In this document: positions 61,582 through 64,000 of the stretch, piece by piece | Layout: every line of letters starts with the position of its first letter | Numbering within the stretch: position 1 is the first letter of the stretch | Source: a bacterium | GTDB taxonomy: Bacteria > UBA8248 > JACPRG01 > G963555815 | Assembly: GCA_965218795.1 (NCBI GenBank) | Contig: OZ244653.1 | Location: 3,840,001 to 3,904,000 of the forward strand | Direction: 5' to 3' | DNA: 64,000 nucleotides | Notes under the pieces: generated by a model | What the model saw: the letters and a program-made list of their open reading frames with translations, nothing else | Databases searched by the model: none | Told to the model about the DNA's origin: nothing | Program-made: the position numbers and the translations under genes

Positions 61582-62784
61582 ATGAACAGATTGGTTTCAA
61601 AATGGGTTTTCCGGAGACTCCGTGCGTTTTTGGCGGCGCTCCCCGTTTTTCTCCTGCTCTGCTCTCAGGCAAACGCTGAACCGCCGGACGGCTCGGCGGA
61701 CAAGTTCTATGTCAGGGCGGGCGGCGGCGTTTTTTTTCTGGACCTTCCAGAGTCGAGCCCGTTTATCAGGACAAACGGCGCCGAAGAGGCCGTCGCTTTC
61801 CTCGAGCACTACGACGCGTCCTATCGGGCCGGGCCGCTGGTCAGTCTTGCGGTCGGCGGCGAATACAAAGCCTTCGGGCGCAGTCTTTTCACCGAGGCGA
61901 GCGGTTTCCACACTTCCCACAGCTCCAGGCATGTCAACGTACACAGCTCGCCCACCGAACCCTGGACGGACGTAGAGACGACTTATATGGACACGTACTG
62001 CCAAGGGATATCACCAGAAGAATGTTCCTTTACACCGGCCAGAGAGCAGGGGTTAGTGCGTTTGGTAGAAACCGATCCGCACGTCAGATCTGTTGGTTGG
62101 ATTGGAGCGATAGATGGAAAGGCGTTGGATTTCGGCACGCCCAATTTCGCCTGGGGCGATCCCATACGCATCACGACGGAAAGGGACGTGAAATTCTGGG
62201 GCGGCGATTTTGTTACCGGAATTTCCTTCGGCCTGGAAGGGCAGCGCAAAGTCTCTCTTTTTATCGGTCCAAGCTTCAAGAGGCTGCGTCAGGCGTTCGA
62301 TATTTTCGCCTATGAGTCCAACAGGGACCCGAACGTCAACCATATGACGCTGAAAGAGGAGCTGAAAGCCTCGTATTACGGCGGCGTTGTCGGCATCCGC
62401 CTTGACGTTCCGTTCAAAGAGCGCTGGAAGCTCACGATAGACGGCGAATTGGGGGGATATTACCTTGATTCCGAATATGAGGGACGCCAGAGAACTTTCC
62501 TGTCGTCGTTGGATTCGACTCTGGATGTGTCCACCGATTCGAAATTCAATGATTCAAACGCCGCCGTGTCATTCAGTTTTCAACCGTCGCTGAGCGTCAC
62601 GTTCCTTGAAAGCCTGACATTTCAGGCAGGGGCCGGAATTGAATATCTGTCTCGTGCTCCGGTTATACGCTACGCGAGCCTGGGAGAAAGTTTTCAATCC
62701 GGAGTTCGCCACGCTCCGGTGCGTATAGAGTATTCGAGAGCGTTCGGAGTTCTCAGCACATTTTCCATCACCTATGAGTTTTGA
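61582..62784 (+). CDS. Putative outer-membrane beta-barrel protein
   Basis: Signal peptide ending ANA, amphipathic beta strands, C-terminal SITYEF beta-signal; GGAGG RBS. Confidence 0.75.
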   Translation: MNRLVSKWVFRRLRAFLAALPVFLLLCSQANAEPPDGSADKFYVRAGGGVFFLDLPESSPFIRTNGAEEAVAFLEHYDASYRAGPLVSLAVGGEYKAFGRSLFTEASGFHTSHSSRHVNVHSSPTEPWTDVETTYMDTYCQGISPEECSFTPAREQGLVRLVETDPHVRSVGWIGAIDGKALDFGTPNFAWGDPIRITTERDVKFWGGDFVTGISFGLEGQRKVSLFIGPSFKRLRQAFDIFAYESNRDPNVNHMTLKEELKASYYGGVVGIRLDVPFKERWKLTIDGELGGYYLDSEYEGRQRTFLSSLDSTLDVSTDSKFNDSNAAVSFSFQPSLSVTFLESLTFQAGAGIEYLSRAPVIRYASLGESFQSGVRHAPVRIEYSRAFGVLSTFSITYEF

Positions 62785-62894
62785 CAGGGGTTCCCGCCGA
62801 ATCCTCTCCTGAATAAGGCGCCAGGGGCGCCCCTCGTGGGCGCTGGGCCGGGTTGCAGCCGCGCCCTCCCTGCTCGGAGGCGCGGGGACGTGCC

Positions 62895-63169
62895 TCATGG
62901 CGCCCCGGAACCTCCTCGCGCGCGGATGTCTTCGGCCTCTCCTTCGGTATAGGCTCCGGTAACGGCGCCGCTGTCTTCCGGCAGTTCACTGCTTTCCGGC
63001 TTGTCGATTGCGGTCTCAGCATCTCTCGCCATCTCCCTGCTTCTCCATCGGACAAGCCTTCGACGAGGGAGTCCGCATCTGCCTGGCTTATACCTCCGCC
63101 GCAAATCACTCCCGACAGCTCGCTTTCTTTGCCTGTCCGATTCCTGATGCGTTCCGTAAAAGTCATCAA
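62895..63169 (-). pseudogene. Frameshifted C-terminal fragment, tentatively of a pentapeptide-repeat protein
   Basis: FTERIR..GKESELSG..GGISQ.D.DSLVEGLSD then LPEDSGAVTGAYTE.EAE in another frame; family assignment from memory only. Confidence 0.4.
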
Positions 63170-63198
63170 GAGATCGCTACTTCCGTCCCCTTGCAGGC

Positions 63199-63453
63199 GT
63201 GTCCCGTCAAGAGCCGCCCCTTGCAGATGCGGTCCGGACCCATCATCTCATCGCGTTCCGGCAGGCTTGGAAACGGTTCGAGGAAGCCATCCCCGGACCG
63301 GTGAGATTGGGTTCCACAGCAGGAACTGCGTACGGTGCTGAACGGGATGACCAAGCCATGCAGGGCATGATACTCGGCGATGTCCCGGATTTCGGATGGG
63401 CCATGGAACAGCTTCATCGCGCCGAAGCCGCGATCAACGGAATCCAGCCTTAA
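63199..63453 (+). pseudogene. C-terminal fragment of an AbiEii/AbiGii-like nucleotidyltransferase toxin
   Basis: FRQAWKRFEEAIPG..RL...D..AMQGMILGDVPDF.W..E.L...E..IN resembles AbiEii C-termini. Confidence 0.6.
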
Positions 63454-63505
63454 AAGAAACCCTCAAATCCGACATGGCATGGGTATCGTTCAGGGGCGTA
63501 CCAGC

Positions 63506-63604
63506 TTGACTCATCCATTCTTCGAACAGCCTGTGCTCAATTCGCCTTACGAGCGCCCGAGCCGGCACTGGGAACTGGACGAGAGGGGGCATCCGGCCCA
63601 AAGG
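63506..63604 (+). pseudogene. N-terminal fragment of a type III restriction enzyme Res subunit
   Basis: PFFEQPVLNSPYERPSRHWELDERG.P, after which similarity stops. Confidence 0.7.
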
Positions 63605-63785
63605 CTCACGTCCGGGTCTCCGGGTCAGCAGGTTTTTCTCGGGAGATACCTACCGGAGCGAGCCGGATGGCGGAAGGGTCGGCAGGCATCATCCACGGGT
63701 CATCCATCGCAGGACTGGCCAGCGAAGCCAATCTTGCCTTTTGACCTGTTTGCGGCCTATATTCAGTCCGCAAAGGAGGTGACTC

Positions 63786-64000
63786 ATGAAACTGTCCAGC
63801 CGGATCAAGCCGATCAGTTACCTCAAGGCCCACGCCGCTGAGATCGTGCGCACGCTTGGGGACCGGCGGGAACCCTTGATCATCACCCAGAACGGCGAAG
63901 CCAAGGTGGTCATGCAGGATATCGACAGCTACGAGCAGACGCAGGAGACCGTTGCGCTGCTCAAGATCCTCGCGCTGGGCAGCCGCCGGATCGAAGCGGG
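63786..64000 (+). CDS. Phd/YefM antitoxin, 3'-truncated by the window edge
   Basis: IKPISYLKAHAAEIV...PLIITQNGEAKVV.QD..SYE..QET.ALLKILALG; AAGGAGGTGA RBS; not in the ORF track. Confidence 0.93.
   Translation, partial: MKLSSRIKPISYLKAHAAEIVRTLGDRREPLIITQNGEAKVVMQDIDSYEQTQETVALLKILALGSRRIEA

Overview
GC-rich, Gram-negative-type bacterial chromosome segment; the taxon cannot be determined from sequence alone. 1-13.8 kb is core genome: a heat-shock operon (clpB'-dnaK-cbpA-hspR-internally deleted htpX-grpE-dnaJ), DUF1844, rpoZ, HU/IHF, and ruvC-ruvA-ruvB-DUF2905-spoIID-queA. 14-54 kb is a mix of metabolic and transport genes (nadX, FNR, ATP-grasp, membrane-anchored NfuA-like protein, LLM and FAD monooxygenases, dtd, suhB, heterodimeric ABC exporter, nth, orphan Mo-hydroxylase large subunit, CUT1 ABC importer, CocE/NonD, MBL), with an intact IS630, a decayed IS5, REP-like clusters and several genes with internal deletions or frameshifts. 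54-64 kb is an accessory/defence region: truncated type IIG R-M gene, Fic, beta-barrel, AbiEii and type III Res fragments, Phd antitoxin. The two most notable unexplained elements are (1) a ~295-nt highly structured candidate ncRNA (35301-35595) with a sigma70 promoter and tandem NrdR-like boxes, and (2) a ~1.63-kb transposase-less, TIR-bounded cassette (58164-59797) carrying a promoter-equipped 71-nt tRNA-mimic (tmRNA/Ala-type acceptor, T-arm, CCA) divergent from two uncharacterised ORFs. All calls come from reading the sequence by eye; no searches or folding computations were run.
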